From a virus (Duplodnaviria > Heunggongvirae > Uroviricota > Caudoviricetes), in the IMG/VR virus record IMGVR_UViG_3300050821_008494: a stretch of DNA of 64,000 nucleotides. The stretch is one strand, 5' to 3'. How positions within the stretch are numbered: position 1 is the stretch's first letter; each line of letters begins with the position of its first letter. Of this stretch, positions 54,150 to 63,257 are shown one piece after another. A program made the translations under genes and the position numbers. The notes beneath the pieces were generated by a model. The model was not told the DNA's origin. It was given only the letters and a program-made list of their open reading frames with translations, and did no database searches.

Positions 54150-54400
54150 TAACTCCAGAGCGCATACTGTCTAGATACTACCCTAGCATCGACGTCGTCT
54201 GCGAAGGCAACGAGAAAGAGAAGTGCGAGAGGAAGACCCCAATCCACTACGGTAAACCATTCAGAACCGGTGCTAGCATGGCAACTAACGAACTGATGTG
54301 GGAATCCCTAGCAGAGCATATGCGTCAGAGTAGCCACACCAAGTTCTCCTTCGAACTGAAGGATGACCCCGACTGGAAACCAAAGGAGATACTACCATGA
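54146..54400 (+). CDS. Hypothetical protein (C..C..H..H)
   Basis: ATGA-coupled. Confidence 0.55.
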   Translation: MITPERILSRYYPSIDVVCEGNEKEKCERKTPIHYGKPFRTGASMATNELMWESLAEHMRQSSHTKFSFELKDDPDWKPKEILP

Positions 54401-54663
54401 GACGCATAACCAAAATCCTCGCTCTCCTAATCGTAGCTTCAATCCTCCCGGACTTCCTTCTTCTTCTAGGCCTGTATCTCTACTACAACATACTCAATCC
54501 TTCTCTACTCTCCTACCCTGCCCCTCACTGGCTCCTGTCTCTTCTTCTCTGGCTTCCTGCCTCGTTGATAGTATCGGTATTCTCTAGCATAGCTCTCACG
54601 ACTCTAGCTTTCTTTCCCAACTTTGACATCAGGAGGAAGAGCCCTGTTGCCTCAAACCAATAG
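54397..54663 (+). CDS. Two-TM membrane protein
   Basis: Leu-rich hydrophobic helices. Confidence 0.65.
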   Translation: MRRITKILALLIVASILPDFLLLLGLYLYYNILNPSLLSYPAPHWLLSLLLWLPASLIVSVFSSIALTTLAFFPNFDIRRKSPVASNQ

Positions 54664-54683
54664 CCTTAAGATAAGCCCTGTTG
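54664..54683 (+). promoter_or_regulatory. Operator copy CCTTA-AGA-TAAGCCCTGTTG
   Basis: Core at -35..-25 of ATG 54700; identical to 51693-51712. Confidence 0.6.
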
Positions 54684-54699
54684 AACCCTGCGCGAGGGT

Positions 54700-55173
54700 A
54701 TGAAATTGGAAGACATTGAAGCGAAAGCTAAGGAATACGCTAGGGTCGCCCATGCAGGCAAAGTCTACGGCGACAATCAGAATTACTTCGAAGCTCATCT
54801 CACGAAGGTCGCCGACATCGTCGCCTCCGTTACAGATGACCCGGAGGTCATAGCAATGGCGTGGCTTCACGACATCCTAGAAGACACATCATTCAGAGAC
54901 CTCTACGGACTCTTCGGTCTCAGAATCTCTGATGGAGTAATCTGCCTCACTCGCTACAAGGAATACAAAAGTCGCGAGAAAAACGAGGAGGTCTACATCA
55001 AGAAGCTCTCTGTTGCTCCTCCCGAAGTGAAGCTCGTCAAGCTCGCCGACATCATCGTCAACATTAGCAACCTCTCGACAAAGAAGGGTGACAAGAAATT
55101 CTACCTCCGCGAGAAGCTCACAGAGCTTCAGTCCATTGGACTTGAATCCATCTACGAGGTCATAACATCTTGA
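54700..55173 (+). CDS. HD-domain phosphohydrolase (SpoT/MESH1-like)
   Basis: AHAG..Y...Y..H..KVA, AWLHDILEDT, VKLADIIVN. Confidence 0.85.
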   Translation: MKLEDIEAKAKEYARVAHAGKVYGDNQNYFEAHLTKVADIVASVTDDPEVIAMAWLHDILEDTSFRDLYGLFGLRISDGVICLTRYKEYKSREKNEEVYIKKLSVAPPEVKLVKLADIIVNISNLSTKKGDKKFYLREKLTELQSIGLESIYEVITS

Positions 55174-55472
55174 GCGTCAAGGTAGACTACAGGCTCACAG
55201 AACGTTACACCTCCGACTATCATGCTACGTGGAAGGCAATCGAGGCAGAAGGCCTCATTCCATTAAAATCGTTCGATGGCAAAGTAGAAGTCATGGAGAG
55301 ACGTCCTCATTGGTATGAACTAATCGGACCAACACCAATCGGGGAGCTTGACTTTTATGAATACGGTATAATCTTCGGAAGAGTCAGGGACAGAGCCACA
55401 CTTCAGAGAGTCCTAGACCTAGCTCAGACCATATCGAAGGCTACCGGCAAGCACGTTGAGGTTAGACCGTGA
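55170..55472 (+). CDS. Hypothetical protein
   Basis: Coupled ORF. Confidence 0.55.
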   Translation: MSVKVDYRLTERYTSDYHATWKAIEAEGLIPLKSFDGKVEVMERRPHWYELIGPTPIGELDFYEYGIIFGRVRDRATLQRVLDLAQTISKATGKHVEVRP

Positions 55473-56113
55473 GCCTCACAATCCCTCCCATAGTCAAAGT
55501 CATACCCAAGGGCCGCTCTGGCAAATGGTCTGTAGACCACTACACCCCGGAGGAAGACGAGGTTGCAGCAGAGAGCTACAAGTGGCATACCTACGGAGCC
55601 GGACTAGCTCGCTACACCCAGAAGGGAGGAACCTTTGCCGTCCTCAGAGACCACAGTATGTGGGGCTCCGGCGAAGTAGTCATGTCAGACACCCCAATGG
55701 AACGCGAGTCCAACCGCCAAGTCATAGAGCACGCCCACGGCAAAGTCCTCATCGCCGGTCTAGGCCTTGGGATGGTCGTTCTTCCTCTCTTCTCCAAGAA
55801 GGAAGCGACTTCAATCCTCGTAGTTGAGAAGGAGCAGGACGTCATCAATCTAGTCCTCAAACATCTCAAGAAGCTCGATAAGCGCAACAAGCTCACAGTA
55901 GTCCTCGGAGACATCAAGACCTACGAGACCACGGAGAAGTTCGACACCATATACTTCGACATCTGGGAAGGCATCTCTGCCCAAATCTGGGAAGACTACA
56001 AGGAACTCAAGGCACGCTTCGCTCGCAACCGGGCGAAGGGCTTCTGGATGAGCTGCTGGATGAGGGAAGAAACCAGAGCCATGTTCCATAGTGAGAACCG
56101 GAGCGGATGGTAA
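55469..56113 (+). CDS. Class I SAM-dependent methyltransferase (spermidine-synthase-like fold)
   Basis: VLIAGLGLG, VVEKEQDV, GDI, FDTIYFDIW. Confidence 0.85.
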   Translation: MSLTIPPIVKVIPKGRSGKWSVDHYTPEEDEVAAESYKWHTYGAGLARYTQKGGTFAVLRDHSMWGSGEVVMSDTPMERESNRQVIEHAHGKVLIAGLGLGMVVLPLFSKKEATSILVVEKEQDVINLVLKHLKKLDKRNKLTVVLGDIKTYETTEKFDTIYFDIWEGISAQIWEDYKELKARFARNRAKGFWMSCWMREETRAMFHSENRSGW

Positions 56114-56114
56114 A

Positions 56115-56690
56115 ATGGACGAGTGGAAAGAATCCATGAAGCGTCTCCCTCGCGATGAGAGGTTGGTAGTCCTTCACATCATGGAGGAAATCGAATCCGT
56201 TCGAGGTATGCGCTCCTCAATAGACCAGAAGGAAGTCGAGAGAGTCACGACCTCCGTATTCAGCAAGGCAGAGGCTCTCGTGAAAGACGCCAACGACAGG
56301 CTAGAGGGCATCGACAAGTCTTTGGCCTCGGTCTTTCATAGGTTCGCTGTCGGAGTAATAGACACTCAGTCGTATGTAGTCTCCTCCGCTCTCGTCATAG
56401 GAGCCTTGTGCAAACTAATGGGTGCCAAGATAGAGTTCAGGATAAGACCGGAGCACAAGAGCCGGTCTGGAGTCCTCTCCGAATTCGGAGACGGGTGGGT
56501 CCCCATCTCAACGGCCAATGGAGAGAAATTCCTCTTCAGAGTCGTGAAGGACGGCGTCCCTCTCCTCCCTCTACAAAGCCTTCTGGACGACGAATCTGCT
56601 CAGGCGTTTGTCACGTGGTCGAAGGGCTTAGACGGTGCCATAAAGAGGATTGGAACCATAGCAGAGGGGCCGGGAGCACAGGAGGAATGA
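56115..56690 (+). CDS. Hypothetical protein
   Basis: ATG just after the upstream TAA. Confidence 0.6.
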   Translation: MDEWKESMKRLPRDERLVVLHIMEEIESVRGMRSSIDQKEVERVTTSVFSKAEALVKDANDRLEGIDKSLASVFHRFAVGVIDTQSYVVSSALVIGALCKLMGAKIEFRIRPEHKSRSGVLSEFGDGWVPISTANGEKFLFRVVKDGVPLLPLQSLLDDESAQAFVTWSKGLDGAIKRIGTIAEGPGAQEE

Positions 56691-56905
56691 GCACCGCAAC
56701 AGATGAAGAGCACTGGCGTAGGATATACTGGCTTACAACATGTGTTCTATTCGGTCTCTTCTGTCTCGGACTCTCCGGACTATTCGTGATAGGATGGGAT
56801 TCTGAGACTCCTGCCGTTGTGAGATACTTCTTCGTGGCAGCCTTCCTAATTCTGTCCGCTATGTTCGACATAATGGGGATTGCAGGATGGAGAAGGAGAC
56901 ACTGA
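56687..56905 (+). CDS. Two-TM membrane protein
   Basis: ATGA-coupled; GGAGG SD. Confidence 0.6.
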   Translation: MSTATDEEHWRRIYWLTTCVLFGLFCLGLSGLFVIGWDSETPAVVRYFFVAAFLILSAMFDIMGIAGWRRRH

Positions 56906-57195
56906 AACAAGACTTCTTCGACGAAGAGAAGGCAAAGTATGACAGAGCCTTCCCTAGTCTCTCCAAGGTCTTCCCGAAGAACGTCTACATCGCTCTAGGC
57001 CCCATGATGGTAAAGCTCCAATGGCTCATGGAAGGTCAGTGCAGAATCTGCTCGGGTTGGAATTGCGACCGATACGTCATAGGCCACTACAAAATCCTCG
57101 GTCAGAACGTCAACGGAATCTGCACAACCTGCTTTCTGAGCCTCCTGAAGTTCAAGAAGCTCGCGAGAGTCGTGAAGCCGAGCGAGATGAAATGA
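56887..57195 (+). CDS. Zn-finger protein
   Basis: CRIC...CTTC. Confidence 0.6.
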   Translation: MEKETLKQDFFDEEKAKYDRAFPSLSKVFPKNVYIALGPMMVKLQWLMEGQCRICSGWNCDRYVIGHYKILGQNVNGICTTCFLSLLKFKKLARVVKPSEMK

Positions 57196-57196
57196 A

Positions 57197-57325
57197 ATGG
57201 GTCTCGAATGCCGGAACTGCCACACCATAGGGAAAATTAACTCCAACAGCGACGGCTCTCTCTACTGCCTAGCCTGCGATACTCGGCTCAAGCCAAGCGA
57301 AGTCATAATGACACCTCCACTCTAG
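57197..57325 (+). CDS. Zn-ribbon microprotein (42 aa)
   Basis: CRNC...CLAC; manually translated. Confidence 0.55.
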   Translation: MGLECRNCHTIGKINSNSDGSLYCLACDTRLKPSEVIMTPPL

Positions 57326-57852
57326 TGACAACAATGATTACAACTCGTCAAATTCGCTCCCTCTTCATCTCAGTAATAGGCCTGCGTTTGTCGGCTCTTT
57401 TCATTACAGTCTACGCTCTCAACTTCAGCCACTTCTACGAGAAGGACCCTGCAGTCAGCCCAATCTTCGACACAGTCGGGACGGTCGGAGGAACCTTCAT
57501 CTACACAGTCATCCTCCTCTTCGCCCTGCTACTCATCTACGACTCTCTAGCCAAGACCCATGAGCAATGGCATGGCTGGATATTCGGCACATACTACCTA
57601 GTCCTCCTCATAACATTCCTCGACGTCCTGAATGACGTCTTCATAGTCTTCCTGCCTACTCTCTACCTCTACTTCTCCGACGTCACGGCTCTCACAATCC
57701 TCTTCTTCGCGCAAGGCGCAGGAGTCCTAGTCGGACTACACATCATGTCAATGGCAAACTTCCAAGTCAAAACCCGTGCCCAGAGATTCGCCGTTGATGC
57801 TCTTATCTGGCCGGTTAAGCTCATCAAAGTCTACAGGAGAAGACCTTCATGA
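57325..57852 (+). CDS. Multi-pass membrane protein (DUF5658-like pattern)
   Basis: 4-5 TMs; YEKDP resembles the E.NP loop; family is tentative. Confidence 0.6.
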   Translation: MTTMITTRQIRSLFISVIGLRLSALFITVYALNFSHFYEKDPAVSPIFDTVGTVGGTFIYTVILLFALLLIYDSLAKTHEQWHGWIFGTYYLVLLITFLDVLNDVFIVFLPTLYLYFSDVTALTILFFAQGAGVLVGLHIMSMANFQVKTRAQRFAVDALIWPVKLIKVYRRRPS

Positions 57853-58091
57853 CTTCTGAATCAAAGAAGAAGTTCTGGACTCTGCCAAGAGTTATTCTCT
57901 ATGTGTTCTTCTTCTCCTTTTTCGTGACTCCTCAAATCGCAATAGAATTCTTCGGAGGCTACCCTCTAGGAGTTCAGAGACTCTACAACATACTTTTGTC
58001 AGCTTTCCCTTACGTCACGGTAGCAGTGGTTGCCGTTACGGCGACTCTCGCAGCACTCATCCTGCTTTTCGGAAAGGAGAAGAAAAAGTAA
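57849..58091 (+). CDS. Two-TM membrane protein
   Basis: Basic termini, two helices. Confidence 0.65.
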   Translation: MTSESKKKFWTLPRVILYVFFFSFFVTPQIAIEFFGGYPLGVQRLYNILLSAFPYVTVAVVAVTATLAALILLFGKEKKK

Positions 58092-58421
58092 ATGCCTCGC
58101 TGCGTCGTCTGTGGAACAACCGAAGGTCTCGAACTCGACAAGGGCCGCTACAAGTGCCCAGACCATCGCGGCTCCCTCGAAGAGATTGAGTCCAAGATTC
58201 CCTTCGTTGACCCTTTCCCGGAGGTCGCCATTATGATAGAGACCCTTGAAGGGAGACCTCACGTTCATAAGGACAGGAACTCAGATGTCATCAAAGCGAG
58301 CGTCACTTGGGACTACGTCCTCAAGGAGAAAGCCAAGAGAGAGGCTCGCGAGAACTCTCCAAGGAAGATTCCAAGCCAAGCCGACATATCACGCCAAGAG
58401 GTGAAGACGAGATACCACTAA
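58092..58421 (+). CDS. Zn-finger protein
   Basis: CVVC...CPDH. Confidence 0.6.
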   Translation: MPRCVVCGTTEGLELDKGRYKCPDHRGSLEEIESKIPFVDPFPEVAIMIETLEGRPHVHKDRNSDVIKASVTWDYVLKEKAKREARENSPRKIPSQADISRQEVKTRYH

Positions 58422-58651
58422 CCTCAGACTTCATCCTTGGCCTCTCTCTTGGCCTGTCTCTCGGAGTCTTCCTCTACATAGTAGTCCTCCTGCTCAACTC
58501 CTCTCGCTCATTCTGTCATCGCTGTCACAAGCCAATTTACGTGAGGCCTGTCATAATCAAGGACGAGAACGCTAACGACTTCGAAGAATGGCGCAGCTAT
58601 CATCGCAAGTGTTACATGATAGCTCACGGCAAAGAGGAGGTCACTACTTAG
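58412..58651 (+). CDS. Membrane-anchored Zn-finger protein, probable ATA start
   Basis: GAGGTGA SD 7 nt upstream; TM then CHRC...YHRKCY; paralogue of 58777. Confidence 0.55.
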   Translation: MPLTSDFILGLSLGLSLGVFLYIVVLLLNSSRSFCHRCHKPIYVRPVIIKDENANDFEEWRSYHRKCYMIAHGKEEVTT

Positions 58652-58776
58652 ATGCCGAAGGCCAAAATAAAGCGCACCAAGAAGAAGAATCCTATGACTT
58701 CCGAGTCCCTTATGAGAGAGGCAACAGAACGAATCGAGAAAATGTGGGAGCGCAATGAGAAGGAAGTCAAAGCGCT

Positions 58777-59034
58777 ATGAATCTCGATACATTCTTCCTC
58801 TTCAGTCAGGGTTTCATAACAGGCTACTTCGTAGGAATACTCTCAGTTGTAATTTTCATGGTCTATGTGACAGCCAGAGACCAATGCGAGGTCTGTAAGA
58901 AGGACATATGGTTCAGGACACTAGAGATTGTAGAGCCTCAGCTGACATACGAAAACGGCTACCGCTATCACAAGCGCCACACATACCACAGAGACTGCTA
59001 CTCTAATCGTCTCCCGAAGGGGATTCAGGTTTGA
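58777..59034 (+). CDS. Membrane-anchored Zn-finger protein
   Basis: TM then CEVC...YHRDCY. Confidence 0.6.
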   Translation: MNLDTFFLFSQGFITGYFVGILSVVIFMVYVTARDQCEVCKKDIWFRTLEIVEPQLTYENGYRYHKRHTYHRDCYSNRLPKGIQV

Positions 59035-59191
59035 GGCTAGTCCTTCCTACAGTCTCCCTTGGAGCCTGCTCGTGCTCCTACTGTATCTCCTTCTTCTCCA
59101 TCAGGGACATGAACCTCCTAGACAAGCACCAATACCAAGGCCATCTCGTAGGATGTCACGGACTTCACTTCGCAACCAAGGAAGACCTCCG

Positions 59192-59755
59192 ATGATACGC
59201 AAGCTCGAAGTCCTAACAGACGGCTCGGAGACGAACCGCTCCGGAAAGAGAATCCATGTCTACGCCTTCGTAATCAACAGCTTCGAAACCATCAGCTTCG
59301 ATGGCGGCACTGAGATGTATCGAGAGTCCGGAGCAGAAATTGAGCCACGTATGGGCTACGAGAAGCGCTACGCAGAATGGCTTGCCTTCTCCAAGGCAGT
59401 TGACTACATTGCCAAGTTCCTCGACGAAAACAGAACACCGAACCTCAAAGTAGAGTTCTACTCAGACTACACACCCCTCGTAAGATTCCTCAGAGGAACA
59501 CAGGCGATAAAGAGGGCAAGAGCCCAATATATCGCCAATATGATGCAGCGCCCTCAATCCATACTCAAGAGATTTGGCGACGTCTCCTTCTTCCATGTGG
59601 AGCGGAACCGCATCAGAGAGGCAGACCTTCTGGCTCGAAGAGAGCGCAAGTTCCAAGAGCAGATAGCAAGTAGTAACAGCAATGTTCCCTACGTGCTTCT
59701 GTATGCTCAGGAACCGGACGGAATCAAAGTCATTCGAAAGGAGTCTAGACTTTGA
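59192..59755 (+). CDS. Second RNase HI-like protein
   Basis: LTDGS, AEWLAF, FYSD, HVERNRIREADLLAR. Confidence 0.7.
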   Translation: MIRKLEVLTDGSETNRSGKRIHVYAFVINSFETISFDGGTEMYRESGAEIEPRMGYEKRYAEWLAFSKAVDYIAKFLDENRTPNLKVEFYSDYTPLVRFLRGTQAIKRARAQYIANMMQRPQSILKRFGDVSFFHVERNRIREADLLARRERKFQEQIASSNSNVPYVLLYAQEPDGIKVIRKESRL

Positions 59756-60012
59756 GCAGCCTCTACGCCTACACAGCAGGCTGGTGCACTCACTCGTGTA
59801 GCCATCACAGCGAGCTTGTCTGTAGAGCGGATAAATGCACAGCCATAGGAATAGCAAATCCTCCTCCTGTTCTACCAAGAGGACCTCATACTCACATTCA
59901 GCAGCCTTCCTACAGAAGGAGTCGTAACCGTCATCGGGGTGTTAAAGTCCCGGAGGACGACATGGACTCAAGAGCCTCTCCTCAAGAGAATCCTGTCAAC
60001 AGAGACCCGTAA
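59752..60012 (+). CDS. Hypothetical Cys/His-rich protein
   Basis: TTGA-coupled. Confidence 0.45.
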   Translation: MSSLYAYTAGWCTHSCSHHSELVCRADKCTAIGIANPPPVLPRGPHTHIQQPSYRRSRNRHRGVKVPEDDMDSRASPQENPVNRDP

Positions 60013-60089
60013 ATACTCGCGCCGCTTTCTCTCCCTCCAGAGAGCGACAGAAACGTGCGTCAGAGTCGAACCCCGCAGAGGTATGGGAC

Positions 60090-63000
60090 ATGAGTCTGAA
60101 CGCACTTTCTCCAACGTCGGTCGGAAGAAATTCTCCCGCATTCTCCCCGACTTCAGTATTCAACGCACCAACCGCTGTTGGCTATGTCCCGGCTCCCGTA
60201 AACCCTAACCCATCTCTCAAAGTTGACACCTCTCCCTCTGCTCATCTTAATCCTGCGAAAGTCTCGGCAGCTACCTCGAATGCCGCAGCTCTCAATCAGA
60301 CTCTTGCTGCCAACGCCTCTCAAAAGTTTCTGACAATCACGATGCCAGACGGCTCAACCGTCTACGCCGAATACGGAAGAGTCGTGCCCCAAGCTCGCTT
60401 CCAGAACGACATGGCAGCGGCAGGCCTCAGTGCTACTCTTCAGCAGAACAAGAGTTCCCCGTTTGCTCAGATTCAAACTCCAAACGGAATAGTCTACGCG
60501 GAGAACGGAGTTGTCGTCTCCGCAGAGCAGTTTACCAGAGACCTCGCGGCATCTGGCATAGCTCAGACCTTGAAGCAGAACGCTAGTCAATCCTTCGTCC
60601 AGATTCAGACCGACTCAGGAATCATCTACGCCGAGAAGGGAGTCCAAGTCTCTGCTGCCAAGTTCCAGCAGGACCTCCAGAATGCGCAAGCTCCCAATCC
60701 GAAGACTCTAAACTTGTTCAGCAAGCTCTCTCTCAATCAACAGGCTAACTCCCTCTCTACTCTCTCCGAGCTTATAGCAAACCTGAAGGCAGAACTGGGT
60801 TCTTCGCCTTCATCTGACCGTGTGAATGCCTACAACCAAGCCGTCAACACCTACAACCAAGAGACCTCAATCTACAACGCTGGAGCGAACAAGGCTAACG
60901 CGGCCTCCCAAGCTCAGGCAAGCGCAATCCTCTCACTCTCCGGGCAAACTCTAAGTGCCCTGACTCTTTCTCAGTATCTGAACAACGAGGGAGTCAACCA
61001 GCCTACGATAACAGTCAACGGGAAGTCTATGACTCTAAGTCAATACGCTCAGCAGAACCCTTCTCAGAAGTTTGCTGTGACTGCTACCAAGAGCGCAGAC
61101 GGCACAGTGAACTTCTCTCTCAAGAGCACAACGGCTCCAGCAGCGTCCGCTCCAAAGTCATCTCCGGTTGAGAGCGCGTCAGCTACTGCTTACAACGACA
61201 TCACTGCAGGATTCACTGACCTCTTTAGAGCCGGAGTCTCAACCGGCATAGCCACAAGACAGGCCGCAGCCAAAGTGGGAATAGGCAAGGCCCCGCCGAA
61301 GGGCACTCAGCCCTCAGACCTCAGCCTCCTCGGATTCTCCGAGGCAGAGACAGAGCAGTTTGCAGGGAGCACGGCAGGCTACCTATTCCCCGGCGCTGCG
61401 GTCTTGAAGGGCATCGGAAGCCCCGGCGAAGGAACAGGAGCCAGACTCTTCGACATAGGCGTTGGTGTCCTTCCATTCCTTCCTCTCGGAGACGTAGCAG
61501 GCGTAGCCGCAAAAGCAGGAGGTAAGGCAGCAACCGTGGCGAAGTTCGGAACATCGTTTGCCGGCAGGACCCTAATCGGTTCTGGATTCGGAGCAGTAGG
61601 AGGCCTAGCATACGGTGAAGACCCTCTCCAAATCGGAGAGAGCGCCCTTCTTGGTGGACTCTTCGGAGGACCCGGAGGCAGCATCGCAAGCCGTGTCAGT
61701 GGTAGGCTCGGAGAATCGCTGAGTGGCGCAACATCAAGCATCTCTCAGAAGCTCAAGGTTTCAGACGTCGGTGTAGCAGTAGCCAAGGCCAAAGTTGCTC
61801 TGAGCAGGCCACAGAACCCCGGTTCTAACTTCATGGCAAGCATAGACCAACTCTTTGGGAGAGAGCCCGGTCTTGCCGAGGAAGAGTCCATAGACTACTA
61901 CGCCGTAGGCAGTCGGACAAGCACCACTGCCAGAGGAGCGCCCATACGCAGTGGCCTTACTCAGGACATAGTCCGAGAGTCCTCAGACGCTATCGGTGGT
62001 TTGGCGGGTCTTTCATCTCGGCGTAGCTTCATTGAGAACTACCTCAGCGAAGGCATACCAAGCCAATACGAGGAGTCTGCCCAAGTCCAAATAGAAAGCT
62101 CTCGCTCCGTTGCCAAGGGAGGCCCCCCAACTTCAAAACTCGCAGATGAATTCCGTTTCGTCAAGGGTCTCGAAGAGGGCTCAGGAGGCCCCGAGCTGAT
62201 GCTCAGAACAAAATCAGACCGTGCACTCTATGAGGACCAGCTCAATTTTGGACGCCTAGACGACTACTTCGGTGTCAAGTCTTCGGAAGAGGGAGTTGGT
62301 GAGTCTACCGCTTCCAAGAGTCAGAAGGTTGGGGATGTAGCATCTCTTCAGAGAGGTGCCCAAGAACTTAACGACATCGACTCACTGTTTTCGCAGGAGC
62401 AGGAATCTGCCAAGGTTGCCAAGGCCGCGAGGGTAGCAAAGGCTACTGACGACACTTCTGGTCAGACTGAAGTGGCTTCCAAGAGCGGACAATCTTCAAT
62501 GCAAGTTGCTCGTGAAGAGGAGACTTCCACTCTCATGAGCATAGATGACATGGTGGCTGAATCTCGTCCTGCGACTACAGGACGCAGTAGACCGAGGATT
62601 GACTACGACTACCTCTCATACACACCTTCTCCTCCCGGTTACGAAGGACCTTCGATTGGAGAGCGTTCCTACGACCCAACCCAATCATATCTCTCCGGAC
62701 TCCGCAACGAGGTCCGCGCACCATCAGACCAAGGCACATCCTCCTTCCTGAACTCCTACCTCGGACTTGGCGGTCGTTCGTCACTAGGACTAGGTTCAGG
62801 CCTCGGTCTCGGAACAATCCAGCCTCTCGGACTTAGAGCACCGTCCGTCCTCGGGCTCGGTCTCTCAGAGACCTCAATCCTCGGCCTCGGTCAAGCTACC
62901 CAGATGCAGCAGCTCCTCGGAGTCCAGAGCGTCCAAGCTACCGTTCAAGCTACACAACAGGTTCAGACAACGGAGACTACTACTCGCACAATCCTCGAAG

Positions 63001-63257
63001 AGATTGGCGACTATACTCTGGCAGACGAGTTGACAACCAACGAGGACTTTTCATTCCTCCCTCCACTTCAAAGTGATGTCCCAGAGCAGCCGAGGCGAAG
63101 CAGGAAGCGGACCGTCTACAAGCCTACCAAAGTCAGGAACCGTATTGCCCTGAACATAGCAGGCAGCTTCGGCGACGTCGCAGAGGACCTCTTGGGCGAC
63201 ATGTCGTCCGGCCTCATGGACTTCGGCGCAGAAGGAATACTCGGAGGCCTCTTCTGA
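60090..63257 (+). CDS. 1055-aa low-complexity probable virion protein
   Basis: Three ~44-aa repeats (I.T..G.VYAE.G..V....F..D), a central Gly-rich hydrophobic segment, an S/G/L- and Q/T-rich C-terminus. Confidence 0.75.
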   Translation: MSLNALSPTSVGRNSPAFSPTSVFNAPTAVGYVPAPVNPNPSLKVDTSPSAHLNPAKVSAATSNAAALNQTLAANASQKFLTITMPDGSTVYAEYGRVVPQARFQNDMAAAGLSATLQQNKSSPFAQIQTPNGIVYAENGVVVSAEQFTRDLAASGIAQTLKQNASQSFVQIQTDSGIIYAEKGVQVSAAKFQQDLQNAQAPNPKTLNLFSKLSLNQQANSLSTLSELIANLKAELGSSPSSDRVNAYNQAVNTYNQETSIYNAGANKANAASQAQASAILSLSGQTLSALTLSQYLNNEGVNQPTITVNGKSMTLSQYAQQNPSQKFAVTATKSADGTVNFSLKSTTAPAASAPKSSPVESASATAYNDITAGFTDLFRAGVSTGIATRQAAAKVGIGKAPPKGTQPSDLSLLGFSEAETEQFAGSTAGYLFPGAAVLKGIGSPGEGTGARLFDIGVGVLPFLPLGDVAGVAAKAGGKAATVAKFGTSFAGRTLIGSGFGAVGGLAYGEDPLQIGESALLGGLFGGPGGSIASRVSGRLGESLSGATSSISQKLKVSDVGVAVAKAKVALSRPQNPGSNFMASIDQLFGREPGLAEEESIDYYAVGSRTSTTARGAPIRSGLTQDIVRESSDAIGGLAGLSSRRSFIENYLSEGIPSQYEESAQVQIESSRSVAKGGPPTSKLADEFRFVKGLEEGSGGPELMLRTKSDRALYEDQLNFGRLDDYFGVKSSEEGVGESTASKSQKVGDVASLQRGAQELNDIDSLFSQEQESAKVAKAARVAKATDDTSGQTEVASKSGQSSMQVAREEETSTLMSIDDMVAESRPATTGRSRPRIDYDYLSYTPSPPGYEGPSIGERSYDPTQSYLSGLRNEVRAPSDQGTSSFLNSYLGLGGRSSLGLGSGLGLGTIQPLGLRAPSVLGLGLSETSILGLGQATQMQQLLGVQSVQATVQATQQVQTTETTTRTILEEIGDYTLADELTTNEDFSFLPPLQSDVPEQPRRSRKRTVYKPTKVRNRIALNIAGSFGDVAEDLLGDMSSGLMDFGAEGILGGLF

